Source: Lama guanicoe (Eukaryota). Taken from it: 64,000 nt of DNA. Positions 63,509 through 64,000 of the stretch are shown here, piece after piece. Each line of letters opens with the position of its first letter. Positions within the stretch are counted from its first letter, which is position 1. The DNA lies in the NCBI GenBank assembly GCA_013239625.1, contig MU053482.1:2705168-2769167 (forward strand). Direction: 5' to 3'. Position numbers and translations under genes: made by a program. The notes beneath the pieces were generated by a model. That model did not search any database, was not told the origin of the DNA, and saw nothing but the letters and a program-made list of their open reading frames with translations.

Positions 63509-64000
63509 GTAAGTATCATAGATCCTCTGAACTGTGTTCTTTAGAGTTGTAGAGAATAAATGATTTCATGAAAACATATACATCTTGATATGTTTTTTCA
63601 TTGTTAGTTTTAAAAGACTTTTGACCCACTTAGTAGTGTTTTATTTCCCATCCCTCTTCCCTTGTTACCCCAAAAGTTTTGAAATAATAAATTCATTTTT
63701 AATAAAAGCTGGGAAAAACTTGCTGCATCTTATGGGAACCACATTGTCTTGGAGTGGGACTCTGATGGGGAGACTAAGATCCTGGGTTTAAAGCCCCTTT
63801 CTTGTACTAGGCTATTGAACCATAATTATAAATTAATGCTGGTGGTGCTAAGGGGGTTATTACAATAGAATGAAAAATGTGAATATGTTTTGAAAACCTA
63901 GGTGCTATGCAAATCTGGAGGTATGTCTAGTATGTAATGGGAGTAATACATTGTTATCATATGACCCAGAGAACAAAATGACACATGTATTATAACTGCA

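Overview
Mammalian genomic DNA, very probably from a camelid (alpaca, llama or camel), judged by multiple tRNA-Ala(AGC)-headed Vic-1-type SINEs. The window holds the 3' three-quarters of ZNF143/STAF (12 coding exons, + strand, 474/477-39268, seven C2H2 fingers, stop codon and 3'UTR). A roughly 15-kb intergenic interval follows, then the CpG-island promoter and first six coding exons of WEE1 (+ strand, ATG 56254, running off the window end). All exons were read by eye with GT-AG boundaries and continuous frame; exon numbers assume the 16-exon human ZNF143 structure as I recall it. The rest is L1, L2, MIR, hAT-type MERs, SINEs, a 5'-truncated RPL9 processed pseudogene and a tailless 5'-half tRNA-Ile retrocopy. 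I see no new protein-coding system. The most interesting signals are regulatory: two perfect D-boxes 100 bp apart plus MYB sites in WEE1 intron 1 (a possible clock-controlled internal promoter), an E-box/E2F/CHR/CCAAT promoter, an AP-1/GATA cluster about 5 kb upstream of WEE1, a strong intronic CTCF motif and a NAGNAG acceptor in ZNF143. Repeat family names and repeat boundaries come from visual recognition and are approximate.
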